Part shown: piece by piece, positions 1-12,790 of the stretch | Layout: each line of letters begins with the position of its first letter | Numbering within the stretch: position 1 is the stretch's first letter | Source: Octopus sinensis | Taxonomy: Eukaryota | Length of the DNA: 64,000 nucleotides | Direction of reading: 5' to 3' | NCBI RefSeq assembly: GCF_006345805.1 | Contig: NC_043002.1 | Span: forward strand, 23,312,001-23,376,000 | Translations under genes and position numbers: made by a program | The notes under the pieces: generated by a model | The model's database searches: none | Told to the model about the DNA's origin: nothing | What the model saw: the letters and a program-made list of their open reading frames with translations, nothing else

Positions 1-311
1 TATGTATGTATGTATGTGTATATGTATATATGTATATAATATATATATATACATATAAAATATATTGTTTATGCATATATAATATACATATATAAATAAA
101 TATATTTATGCATTTATATATATATATATATTTGTATACATGATTTTGTATTTATGTATCAATATACATGTGTGTGCGTGGTGTGTGTGTGAGTGTATGT
201 GGTGCGTTATAACCATATTTATACAAGCATATTACATATATCTACAAGTATATAAATACATATATGTATATTTATATATATATTATATATATATATATAT
301 AATAGAGAGAG

Positions 312-342
<31 letters not shown>

Positions 343-486
343 AGATACACATGTGTATGTATATTTATATATATATATATGTATGTATGTTATATATATA
401 TATTTGTATATATACATATAATATGATGCATGTATATGTATATATAATATGTATATATATATATATATAATATATAGTATATATAT

Positions 487-522
<36 letters not shown>

Positions 523-560
523 CAGTCATATTAGGTATACACACACACATACACATAAAT
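1..560. repeat. (TA)n-dominated compound microsatellite with TG/GA/CA tracts
   Basis: Alternating TA runs interrupted by (TG), (GA) and (CA) tracts; source of the YI/HT/CV ORFs. Confidence 0.95.
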
Positions 561-787
561 ATATGCATAGTCTAAACGAAAGGCTTTTTTCTAGAATGAA
601 GATTCTTATTTTTGCTTCTCATTCTCAATTTTCACATATATATTTACTTTTTTTTTTCGGTGAGATTTTCAAAGATTTTTTTTTGATTTTTTGTTATTCT
701 TACTCGTTTTTTTCTCATTTATTTCGAACTTCGAGAATCTTCCTTAGCGTATGTTGGTTCGTCGAATATTGAATATAATTCTGACAA

Positions 788-885
788 TGTGGCGCCACAA
801 TCAGTGATTAATGATTAATTTTACTTTCGAAAAGAGGAAACTAATTTCGGTAGAAATATCTCACCTTCTCAGATGCCTACTTCCG
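788..885. promoter_or_regulatory. Possible promoter-like island (palindrome TGTGGCGCCACA plus ETS-like ACTTCCG)
   Basis: 12-bp perfect palindrome at 788-799 and ACTTCCG at 879-885 in a locally CpG-containing unique stretch. Motifs only; no transcript evidence. Confidence 0.15.
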
Positions 886-912
886 TTTTAAACTTCGTTT
901 CGCTTTCTTCCA

Positions 913-916
<4 letters not shown>

Positions 917-960
<44 letters not shown>

Positions 961-993
961 TCTCTCCCTCTCTTACTCTCTCTCTCTCTCTTC

Positions 994-1026
<33 letters not shown>

Positions 1027-1078
1027 TTCTATCTCTCTCCCTCCCTCTCTCTCTATCTCTTTCTCTCTCTCTCCCTCC

Positions 1079-1109
<31 letters not shown>

Positions 1110-1150
1110 TCTCTTTCTCCCTCTCTCTCTCTGGCTCTCTCTTCTTCTTC
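917..1150. repeat. (CT)n polypyrimidine microsatellite
   Basis: Imperfect CT dinucleotide array. Confidence 0.95.
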
Positions 1151-1563
1151 TTTCTTTTGATCTCTCTATACATATATGTGTGTTTTTGTATGTATATCTA
1201 TGAGCGTTATGCGTATACCTATATAAATATATTTATGTATGTGTATGCATATATATACATACATATATATATATGTATATATATATATAATAGTTGTATA
1301 CTGTCAACTTAACGTGACAGTAGGGGATTACACCACCGCTGTTTAGCCCTAGGAAGCATCGACGCTTCCTGTCGGCTTCGACACACTTACTGTGTCCTTA
1401 TATATTTACGAAGGTGAGACAAATACCCCCAACAGCTAGGCCTGCATCTAGAGACACGCATGTTTCAGGGTCTTTGCCATCATCGGTCTAGAGTAGCATA
1501 AGCCTGCTAGCTCCCCACCACCGTACATATCTCTATGAGATATTTAGAAATCTAATATTTCTG

Positions 1564-1627
<64 letters not shown>

Positions 1628-2059
1628 TGTATGTATGTATGTATGTATGTATGTATGTATATGCATGCAGACACAATAACACACATGCACGTATGTATAT
1701 GTATGTATGGCAATGTATGCGTACGTGTGTGTTTGTGTGTGCATTTGTCTCTATATCACTCCTTCTCTTTACCCGTTTTTCTATCTATCTTTCTACCTGT
1801 CCTACTTATTTTCATTTTTCACTTGGTGTTCATGTCAGTTTGAATCTTTAAACCCCAGGTCACAGCTGGACGAGCAAGTTACGACCAACCCATATTTTTC
1901 CTACGAATGGGGACCCCAGAACACCATTGGTCAATGTGTTCTTTCGTAAAAACAATCAAATTGCGTCTGTGACAGATTTAGCTGTTATTTCTAGCAGATT
2001 GAAGAACTACGTAGATGATCCCTCATTGGCTCTTGGCAAATCGGTCGTTTCATACAATG

Positions 2060-2965
2060 TTTTGTGTTTGCTTCTTTCAATTGTTGTAGTTACTATTGTA
2101 GCCCCTGTTATTGTTTGGTCTGCTAGTGTTATGGGTGCTACTGTTGTAATCCTATTGCTATGAATGCTAATGTTGCTATCGCTGTTGTTGCTTTAGTCGA
2201 TATTACGTTTGCTATTGTTTGTGTAGTTGTTGCAGTTAATATCGTTAATGTTTTTACTGTTGCAGATGTGGTTTCTATTGTTGTTGTTGCTATTGATGTA
2301 GCTATTGTAGCTAACATCTCTATTGTTGTTATTGCTGCTGCTATTGTCAGAACTGTTGCTACTGTCGCGGTTGTTGCTAATGCCGAAGTTGTTATTATTA
2401 TCATTGCTAATTTTATCGCTATTATAGCATTTAATGTTGTTATTGTTATCATTGCAAATTTTTTCAATTATGACATCTAACGTTGTTATTGTCGCTAGTG
2501 AAACGGTTATATGCTTGTCGTTGTTGCTATTGTTGCCCCTCACATTTTGTCTTCTGTTGCGATTGTTATATATCTTACAGCTATTGTCATCGTTGATATT
2601 GTACTAACTATTGCTATTTTGTTCTTGCGTTTTTTATTGCTATTGTTGCTAATGTCTCTTGCTTATATTGTACCTGTTGATGTTGTTTTGATATTTGTCA
2701 TTGCTGTTGTTATTGCTATTGTTGTCGTTTATATTGTACCTACTATTGGTGTTGCTATTCTTGTATTTGTTAAATCTTTTGTTGTTGCTATTGCAGCAAA
2801 TGTTTCTAATGCTACCTCGACCATTGTTTTTGAACTAGTTGTATCTGTTGCTGGTTCTATTATTATTCTTGTGAATATATTTATTATTTCTTGCTTATTT
2901 ATTCCTTGGGGTAGGAGCAGTAGAATTGTTGTTGTTGCTATTATTGTTGTTGGCTGCTTCTAATG
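2060..2965. repeat. Degenerate (GTT/ATT/GCT) trinucleotide-like array
   Basis: Cryptic triplet periodicity gives V/I/A-rich ORFs on + and N/T/S-rich ORFs on -; no domain motif. Confidence 0.8.
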
Positions 2966-2971
2966 CTGTTG

Positions 2972-3516
2972 TCTTCTTCTTCTTCTTCTTCTTCTTCTTC
3001 TTCTTCTTCTTCTTCTTCTTCTTCTTCTTCTTCTTCTTCCAATCAAGACTCACGCCATTAGCCACAAAGAATAATCTCTAATTCGAGCCTACTCTAAGCT
3101 GCTAAGAATGCGTGTGGCAACTTGAAGATCCACGCGCCACACGCGATAGACTGGCGGTTGCATGGGCGCGAAAGCTATGTTGTTATCCTCATTCTGTAAA
3201 CGGTGGCTTTTAACGGGTGGCGAGCTGAACCATCCTGGGGTACAGAGGATTCGCAATCTAGACTAGGGTCTGAAAGTTGACCATACCATAGAGGGTTACA
3301 CCATGGTTCCTCTGCTTTGTGGCAGAAGTAGGAAGAAAGAGTGAGAAAAAGCTGTGGTGAAAGAGTACAGCGGGGTTCACCCCCACCACCACCACCCGCC
3401 GGAGCTTAGGTGTTTTTGCTCAATAAACAATGCTCACAATGCCCGGTCTGGGAATCGAAACCACGTTCTTACGACCGCGAGCCCGCTGCCCTAACCACTG
3501 GGCCATTGCGCCTCCA
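2972..3516 (-). mobile_element. tRNA-derived SINE family C with long tail type iii ending in (GAA)n
   Basis: Minus-strand head TGGAGGCGCAATGGCCCAGTGGTTAGGG...GGTTTCGATTCCC (A/B boxes), the core shared with 49968 and 54236, then a distinct ~290-bp tail and a (GAA)n run at 2972-3038. Possible TSD TGCTGTTGT at 2964-2972 and 3520-3528. Confidence 0.85.
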
Positions 3517-3947
3517 TACTGCTGTTGTTGCTAATGTTTGCGTTGCAAATATTTCTGTTGCTATTATTGCAGCCATTGTAGTTGCTGCTATGACAACAGT
3601 CGTTATTATTGCTTAGCCCTAGATCAACCTAATTGAGCAGATCTATGATAATATGTATTCCATCCATGACCTCACTGTTTGTTTAACAGGGACTACATTG
3701 AAAAATGTGCCCTTCGTTATTTAAAATAATAGGATGGGATTTCCAACAAATCGAGCGACTGTGTGAAGTTGTTATAGATGTTGTTAGGGTACTGATAATG
3801 GCAGTTGTTGTTGCTCGTGTTGTTATTTAAGTTGTATCTCACGCTGTATTGTTACTGTTGTTGCTTACATATATGTATGTGTGTGCACTGCACTCGTGTG
3901 CGTGCATGAACATATACATAAATATACTTACCTATATACACGACGTC

Positions 3948-4086
3948 GGTGATGATGATGATGATGATGATGATTATGATGATCATGATTATGATGATCA
4001 TGATGATGATGATCATGATGATCATGATCATGATGATGATGATCATCATCATCATCATCATCATGATGATGATCATCATCATCATC

Positions 4087-4127
<41 letters not shown>

Positions 4128-4136
4128 GATGATGAT
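3948..4136. repeat. (GAT/CAT)n microsatellite
   Basis: GAT array with an embedded CAT tract; gives poly-D/H/M ORFs. Confidence 0.95.
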
Positions 4137-4592
4137 GGTTAATTTACTACGATGAGAGCGCTCAGATTGTTTGTGCATATGATACGGGTAGATATGCACG
4201 TATGATACGGGTAGATACCCTGCAGTGATTCTGACACGTTGACGCTGGTGCTTATGTTGATTCCGTGAATGAATACTTTGAATGGATGGAAGTTATCCGA
4301 AAAGAATGGCTTGCATTGGCGGCAGATAAAAACTAGCTCGATATATTCAGCAATAGTGTTGGCTGTTGCAAAATCTGAAATGTTTCAAGCAAGCATAACT
4401 TACTGTTTTATGCACTGTTGCTATATAGGATAACCCTATAGAAAATGCTCTATATTATTGCGCAATTTCAAATAATTATGACATTTACGTGGACTTTTCA
4501 TGTCCTTCAATCTGAATAAATGTAAATGAATGTTATATCGCGTTTTAAAGGAGTTTTCATTCAGATCCGTGTAATACCTCTCCATACTCCCG

Positions 4593-4656
4593 ATGAATAT
4601 TACGGTTGCTCAATATATTAGCGCTGTGAGGGAAGCATGTTCATCTAAGCGAACAG
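4593..4656 (+). CDS. Candidate first coding exon, MNITVAQYISAVREACSSKRT(G), product unknown
   Basis: Acceptor TTTTCATTCAG ending at 4564, ATG at 4593, donor CAG|GTGAGA after 4656, in unique sequence. No partner exon identified. Confidence 0.2.
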
Positions 4657-5101
4657 GTGAGAAGTTTCTGCAGTTATAATTTAGGCTTGCAGTATGTATA
4701 CCTTAGTTTTGTATTGTAAGATTTAGGGAGCAATATTATCCAGATGGGATATATTAATAGCATTGGTTTTGAAACGTTTGTTGTATTTAAATGTAAGTAT
4801 CACGTAAGACTAGAGATGGGAACGATGATTTATCTTCGCAAATACTGATCGGGCACAGACAGTGTGTCGTTAGCTAGCTGGAGGAGATGTGTTCCTGGAG
4901 CTATAAACTACAGTAGCATCGTCCCATATGGGTCAGTCACATCTAGGTGGCAAATATACTTCTAGAAAATTATGGTTTACTAGGAATTCAAAGTTCGTGG
5001 TTAAATTAATGAATACGTTCATGCTACACGGTGTATTGCCGAAACAACTTTTCTTCTCAGTTCATTTCATTTTATCGCTCGGTCTATCTATCTGTGTGTG
5101 T

Positions 5102-5150
<49 letters not shown>

Positions 5151-5564
5151 GGGTATTTGTGTGTGTATCTGTATGTTTGTGCGCATTTGTATGTCGGTAT
5201 ATGTGCGTCGTTCAAAACCATGTACGAAAGATTATAGTTTGTTGACGAATGATTAAGAGAAACTCTCTCTAAATCGTGCAGAGGATATCGTTTGTGCTTA
5301 AAGAGAATCTTTTCTCTTGTGACCCGAGTATCATGTCACTGGGATTGCCAAGCGATCTTGGCCTCCCAACATACAGGAAGGATGGAATAAGTACGTGACT
5401 GCAAAAGGAGGGCTAGAATCTTTATGATCTATTAAAATCCTTGACGACATTGCGCCAGCATTGCCGCATTCCATATATGAAACAAGTAAAAGGGTGTGTG
5501 TGTGTGTGCATCTGTTTGTCTGGGTCTGTATGTTTGCGATTGTGTGTGTGTTGTGTGTGTGTGT

Positions 5565-5604
<40 letters not shown>

Positions 5605-5719
5605 TGTGCGTGCATGTCTCTGTGTGTGTTGTGCGTGTGACACTTGCGCCAAAAGCACTTGAAAGAATCGTAGGAGAACCATCTTGGTATGACGAAGACA
5701 GTGATGAACAACAAGGAGC

Positions 5720-5806
5720 GTATTAGTTGACGCTCGGGAGTGAGAAAGTCTTTTACATTCGAGCCTGCGCTCTTCAACAGAAAGGAAAGCGAAAATAAAC
5801 AGAGAG
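5720..5806 (-). mobile_element. Fragment of Penelope-like terminal-repeat family P
   Basis: Reverse complement matches 25280-25345 (GAAGAGCG.AGGCTCGAA..GTAAAAGACTTTCTCAC.TCCCGAGCG). Confidence 0.6.
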
Positions 5807-5863
5807 TATAAAATAATTTGTGGATTTGGCAATCAAGCATGTATGTGTGTGTGTGTGTATAAA

Positions 5864-5946
<83 letters not shown>

Positions 5947-6118
5947 ATGTATATATGCATATATATATATGCATGTATATATATGTATATGTTGTATATT
6001 TATATGTGTGTGGTGTGTGTTGTGTGTGTGTGTGTATATAAAATATATTCTTTCTTGTTTCAGACATTTGACTGCGGCCATGCACGAACACATGCATACA
6101 TACACACACACACACGCA

Positions 6119-6163
<45 letters not shown>

Positions 6164-6998
6164 GCACACACATTCACACATACACACGCACACATACACA
6201 CATATATTATATAGAGACAGGCAGACAGACAGATATATACATACATACATACATACATACATACATACATACATACATACATACATACATACATACATAC
6301 ATAACATACATACACACATGCATGCATGCCTGCATATATATATATATGGGATGATGTGGATGGTAAACAGAGAAAGAGAGAGAGAAAGAGAGAGAGCAAC
6401 AGAAAGAGAAAGAGTAAAGGAGAATTAATGATACAGTGACTACCATAAAATAGAATTTTCATAAAATGATTGAAAAAGAGTAATCGATAGTTCTGTTTAA
6501 ATTTGTTTATTTATTTACATCTGCGTTGATATATTAAAAATATTTAACTATACGACAACATAACTTTTATTTTATTAGTCTATTTCGGACTGTTTGGGGT
6601 TATTTTAGAATATTTAAAAAATTTTTCACTATTGGAACTGTTGTAAATTTTTAATGTGTGTTTGTGTATGTGTGTATGCGTGCTTGTGTGTGTGTACATG
6701 GACACATACTTCTATTAGTTTCAGCCAGAGGCTGTGGTCTATGTATATATATGCATGCATACATACATACATACATACATACATACATACATACATACAT
6801 ACATACATACATACATACATACATACATACGTACGCATGCATGCATCTACATATACATATATGCTCATACATGTATATACATACATACATATATGTATAT
6901 CTATATATATATATATTAATGTGTAATATATATTTATGGATGTATATATATTTAATGTATATAATAATATGTATATATATATTCATTATATATATATA

Positions 6999-7036
<38 letters not shown>

Positions 7037-7037
7037 C

Positions 7038-7068
<31 letters not shown>

Positions 7069-7984
7069 TATATATAGATATAATATACACACACATATAT
7101 ATATACACATATATATACACTAGATATATATAGTTAAACATGTATACGTTTATATATAGAACGTATGTTCATATACACAGGTAAATATATATTATACATA
7201 TAATATATAATATTATTATAATTTAGGGTATCTAAGAATATTTTTATTCCCATCCTGGCCACCTGATAAGATCGGTATTTAAATATCGATCTAATCCTTA
7301 TTTATATAAGTTTATAATATATTATATACATATTATTATATATATATTATACATATAATATATTATATATTTATATTATACATATAATATATTATATATT
7401 TATATTATACATATAATATATTACATATATATATATAATATGAGGGGGAGAGACAGAGAGAGAGAGAATAACGCCAATATATGACGTAGAATATTTTTAG
7501 TTACTGTTATACAATAATATTTATATATTAATTCCGAAAGCTATATATATATATATATCTGCTTTACCGGTCGAGTTGTTACACTTCCTCTTGTGTTGCA
7601 TTGGACGCTGCAATATAAAAGAGGGCTTATGTTCGAACCCTTTTATTCTACGATTTCTTTTCTATGCAAGATTGTGTTCCTGTCAACAGCAACAGCGAAA
7701 CTATTCAGTTTTTACGCTATGCAAGGGATGTAGCTGTTGAGCGCGATCACATAAATATCGGGTGAAACTACGAAAATAGTGATTCAGTGATTATAGAAAT
7801 GGTGCAGCGTAAAAAAAGAGAACAACTTGGTTTTGAATAGGAAACTCATGTTAATGCGTATGTATGCGTGTGTGTATGTGTAATTATGCATTTGTATATA
7901 TATATATATATCACCACGTGTATTTGTATGTATATTCATTAAAATGTGTGTGCGTGTATGTATGATGAAAGTATATATGTACAC

Positions 7985-8046
<62 letters not shown>

Positions 8047-8817
8047 TATATATAATATATACATATTACACATATATACAATATTTATATATGTAGGTAT
8101 ATGTATATATGTACATATACATATACAGAGATAGATGCTTCAGTAAGCAAGTAGATAAATAGATAAACAGACAGGTTATATCTATATACAGTCAACCATG
8201 TGAGAATGTTTCTACACCGTTCCTCGTTCTCCTATGAATAGAGGCCAAAATCTATTTCGAATCTAAAAACTTAGAGTTTCCCGATGATGTAGTAGTCGCT
8301 CTTACCCATATTTAGTCCTTTATACTGGTAAAGTGAAGCTCCCATCAACCGCATAACCCAATAACCAAAAAGACGGCAATATGTGCTTGACGATATTCTA
8401 GATGCCAAGCGACCGACCTCCATCCTTTCTTGATATTGCATTGTAGCTCTGTGAAGGAAACCTGCTGAGGAAAAACGTTCGTAACAAACGGAAGTCACAT
8501 CTGCTCAACTTCCAGAAATCTTTGTGCGTCTGAACATCAACAACCATGACAGACCGACTCCTCTTTCCAGAAGCGCTGACAGCGGATAGAACGCCTGTCC
8601 AGTGGAAAGTGTCCCTTCTGTAACAAGTGAAAGAGCGGATTTCCCAGTCTGATCAGAAGAGGGAAAATAATATCGTCTGAACTTTTATCTAATTTGTGTC
8701 ATTAAATATATTGGCTGTATGCATATATATACATACATACATATATATATTTATATATATCTTTTTCGATTTGGTTTGCAAGATTCTTATGTGAGTTCGT
8801 GTGTTGAAGCATATTCT

Positions 8818-8985
8818 GTTGTATCTGGGGTGAATCATTTTCTTTTTGTGCCTTAGAGTCAAGACTATTGAAAAGGTTGCAAGACGCAACGAAAAGTTTA
8901 GGAAAATAAAAACAAGTGGAAATTTTATCGGTGAGTGTGTTAAATTATAAGGCACAGAAAGAAAATTACTCTCCCCAGACACAAC
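8818..8985. mobile_element. MITE-like element with ~38-bp imperfect inverted repeats
   Basis: GTTGTATCTGGGGTGAATCATTTTCTTTTTGTGCCTTA (8818-8855) pairs with TAAGGCACAGAAAGAAAATTACTCTCCCCAGACACAAC (8948-8985). Confidence 0.55.
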
Positions 8986-9457
8986 AATATATATATATAC
9001 ACTCATACATACACATATACACTCATGCACACACATACACACGTATATAAATTTCAAATTTTGAACTTGCTTGCTGTGTGATCAACTGGCTTATCTACAA
9101 GCATTCTTTTGTGAACCCTAAAGTACACCAAAAACCAACTTTCTATACAAAACAATATGTTCTGACCTAAATTTTCTACATTTGTTTACATCATTACTTT
9201 CACGCATGACTGAACCCTAAACAATAACAAAATTCCCACAAAAACGAAAAGAAAAACCCTCAACATAACTTTCTATCAGCCTACACCTTACAAACATATA
9301 ATTTTTTTCCTATTCCCCTCTATACCTTCTCAGTAAAAAATACTTCCCCAGTCTACATACACCATACTCAATTATCATGCACATACTTCCACCAACCCCA
9401 CAATTAACAGCTGGTCGAAGACTATATAAAGCCAAAAAAAGACTCAAGTGAAGCACA

Positions 9458-9495
9458 GTCTGATGAAGGTGAACAAACTGAAACTTTGAAGTTAC
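9458..9495 (+). ncRNA. Decayed minimal type I hammerhead ribozyme motif
   Basis: CTGATGA (9460-9466), stem II GGT/ACT, GAAAC, palindromic stem III ACTT-TG-AAGT, H17=U; stem I only 2 bp. Confidence 0.4.
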
Positions 9496-10281
9496 CATCA
9501 ACATTTTCTTTGTAAAAGTTAATAGCACGTATTCTGATATTGAATAATTCTTTTTATTTGCTTTTATATATAGTTTTGCATAAAATCAAATACACACGGA
9601 CTCACATTTAGGAGTATAGTTGAAGAAAAGTTTATTCAAAGCATATCGCGATTTTTTTATTTGTGTAAGGCTGGCGGTTCATTCCATAGCATCTCAGAGT
9701 ATCGCAAATATTCCAAAACTTTTCGATTATTGTTTTCGATCAATGTAACTCTCTGTCCATGTGTTTTCGACCAATATGTATTTCGACGAATATGTGTATT
9801 TTGATGTGTATTTCGATGAATGTTCCTAACTCTCTTTGATTTGATATTTCCCCTGTTATGACATAAGCTGTTACCAACAACGAGTTGCAGCTTACACACA
9901 TCATTCTTAATTTAGAACACACCTGTAAAATCCGAAGTTATCGTAAGATACGCACGGCTTATTTTCATTTCCATTGTACACATAACCGAGTATATTACGT
10001 CTTTGCACGAAAAGTAAGAGATATAATTAACCTAAATACATTGTTCTCCGTGTTGAGTTTAATACAGGTGTTTACATATATTTATACAAACTTGTTTTCA
10101 CTAACCAAATTTCAAATGAATATGGTCGTTTTTGAAAATTCACGTTCCATGCATTGATCGGCCTGAGACTGTCCCTAGTTCAGTTGCAAAATTCCTAATT
10201 TAAAGTAATCTAATTTGAAACCTTTCTTTAAAATTTTAAGTGAACTTAAAATTTGAAGGCAAGCACTTAAGATACCAACAC

Positions 10282-10669
10282 TTATTTATTCTTTCAACTA
10301 TAGACCAAGGCCTGAAATTTGGCGGAGATGGAGCTAGTCGATTGCATCGACCCCAGTACTCGTCGGGTACTTATTTTATCGACCTCAAAAAGATAAAAGG
10401 CAAAGTCAACTGCAGTAGAATTTAAACTCAGAACGTACTGAGTCGAAAAACACTAGTTTAATAATCCTTTACACTACAGACACATAACCTGAAATTTAGT
10501 GGGAGGGACGTAGTCGATTACATTGACCCCAGTGGTCGACATGTAGGCATTTTATTGACCAAAAAAATATGAAAAACAAAATCCACCTCGGTGGGATTTG
10601 AACACAGAACAGATGAAATGCTGCTTAGCAATTTATCTTGTGTACTAACGATTTTACCAGGTCGTCACC
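10282..10669 (-). mobile_element. Two tandem decayed SINE family B copies
   Basis: Two sets of GTCGATT.CAT.GACCCCAGT / GGCAAAGTC.AC motifs, the reverse complement of family B at 17941. Confidence 0.75.
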
Positions 10670-11229
10670 CAACGTTAGTTTAATAATGATTGTTATTTCA
10701 CTAAACTTCTCATTATTCTGGGAATAAATTTAAATGAAAGCAGTGCTTTTACTTACAAATATGGTAATAAAGAGTTAAAACATCTTACTGAATCTAAGAT
10801 TGTATTTGCCTGAATAGAAAACCTACAGTTCTTTTTAAATTTACTCGCTCAGGTTATATATACTTTATGATTTACGTACTTTCCTCATAATTTCCTCCTA
10901 AGCATAAGTCACTTTCCAAAGCTAACACATTAAAATTTTTTCCTCAAAATTTCACACTTATAATAATAGGAAGACTTCGTTTTGATACAATTTATTACTT
11001 ATATTTTTCACCTGATGTTGGTCCAAAATTTTATTTCCTATTAAAATTGTCAACCAAAATAAATTTCCTTGTAATCTAATACTATCGTCGAAAGTCAAAT
11101 TAAAATGGTTAATGTTTATTGTCAATGGTACAATTATTCAACGGCCAAGTGGTGAAGGAGTCACTCTATTTGCAACCCAATGAACTTTGGGAACCCACAG
11201 AATGCTTGATAACAACGAATGTCAGCCTG

Positions 11230-12790
11230 TTTATAATCAAATATATTTTTAACAGAAAATTTCCCAGTGTTGAAAATGTTTTTTCTCCTGTTCAGTGATT
11301 TTGGTTCTTGAGATGGAATATAACCATTTTACAGTAAGCATAACAAACACGTTGTCCCATTGCTAAAAGGAAATGCAGTAGCTGATACGCTAGGTGCTAT
11401 AGGGATGTTTTCACCTCCACTGTTTTCACTTTCCAAACGTACTGTGATAGATAGGTCTGTTAGTTCTAACTCAGAATGTAAAGAGCATTTATGTGCTACT
11501 TACATCTATTCTTAAAGGTATCCTCTGTGAGCCCTATATAGTTTGTCTTTATATCATCTTGAGTTACAGTATATAACCGACTTAATCTATATAGTGAAAA
11601 ACTGTTGATGGATCTACAATGAAAAATTTGCCTTCAGAATAGGGGCTAAAAGTGTAGAGCATGATAGCCAGTGCTTTTTGGTTGTGTTTCGTGATTTTTT
11701 GTAAGATCAGTGATTTCTGCAGCCAAGTGTAGCGTCATATTTAGAAAATTGATGTTTCTAAATGAACATCAAGTTATACTTTTTAAATAATTTTATTCAA
11801 TCTTTCGAAATTTATCTATGCAAAACCATATATGTTGTGAGAACTAGTTTATCCTTTGTGAATAATCTGGATATGTGGGATATTGTATGCTTGTTGGTAT
11901 TGTTTACAATAAAGGAGCATTTTAGTTTGGAGACTTTATACTATTCCATCTCTTTGAGGTATCAAATACAGGATTGCTCTTATTTATCCAGCGGGAATCA
12001 ATGTAAAATGGTAGCGATTTTCCGAGGGTCATATGATACTGATATCCAATACGTTGATGAGGATGTATTTTCTGAAATACCAAGGCTCTAAGGAGAATAG
12101 TTTTAGATATAGAGAAGTAGCATTCAGCAAAATCGAATTCGATAAATCTGTAGTGTCCTTTATCGTCTATATTCTAAAACAACTTGATTAATGTTGCATT
12201 CTAATTCTCCTGACTTAACGTGATTCAGTTTATTTTAAAAGCTGATTATTTGTTCTCTAACCTAGCCCAATTCATTTTCGATATTTATTCATTTGCATTT
12301 AGCGTAGAATTGGAAATTTTCCTTATAGCATTTAAGAATGATGTGGAGGAGGTTGTTTTGGCATACATTCCACGTGGTCTTCAGGTTTTTAGTTGCGTGG
12401 TTAGTGTCTTTGTCTTTGTTTATAATGTTGTAGCGATTGTGGTTTGTCTTCTATGTTTTGGTAATGCTATCTGATACAAACTTACTGTGTTCCGTTAATT
12501 TGGTTATACATATTGAACAATATTGCCACACAGATAATACAACATAACCGGAAATATTTAACCAGCCAGCCTCTAACTCTAGATCAAACTTGTAGTTTTA
12601 AATCTGTCCAGAACTGTGCACTAAATGTGGCATGTCTTCATAAGTTGGTAATATACTTCACTACTATAACACCAGAAGACGACAGCCGTACAAACTCACA
12701 AAGCATACCTTCATGAACAGATTCAAGTAGCACACATACTATATTTAGCTATGGACCCATCAATACTTTTCTATTGTTGTTTGTTTGAGA
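11230..12790 (-). mobile_element. Decayed Penelope-like element ORF (RT remnants plus GIY-YIG endonuclease)
   Basis: Minus-strand peptides YIGLTEDTFKNR (11507-11541), LSQYVWKVK, AFPFSNGTTCLLCL, QKITKHNQKAL and CEFV match the Penelope-like GIY-YIG C-terminus and RT motifs; many stops and frameshifts. Confidence 0.6.

Noticed and set aside
2138-2963. Membrane or signal-peptide-like hydrophobic ORFs
   Set aside because: Overlapping open frames on both strands arise from the degenerate triplet array; the composition is too biased to indicate coding.
4230-4380. Minus-strand AG/GT-bounded frame DFATANTIAEYIELVFICRQ..., and plus-strand AGAYVDSVNEYFEW (ankyrin-like start)
   Set aside because: The minus-strand donor is weak (GTATCT); the plus-strand frame has upstream stops and no acceptor; no partner exons were found.
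11930-12075. Minus-strand exon KIHPHQRIGYQYHMTLGKSLPFYIDSRW after a TTTCAG acceptor
   Set aside because: It lies inside the decayed Penelope-like ORF region; no host protein is recognised.
12030-12080. C/D-box snoRNA (TGATGA ... CTGA)
   Set aside because: The boxes are only ~12 nt apart, there is no terminal stem or guide, and it lies within a TE remnant.
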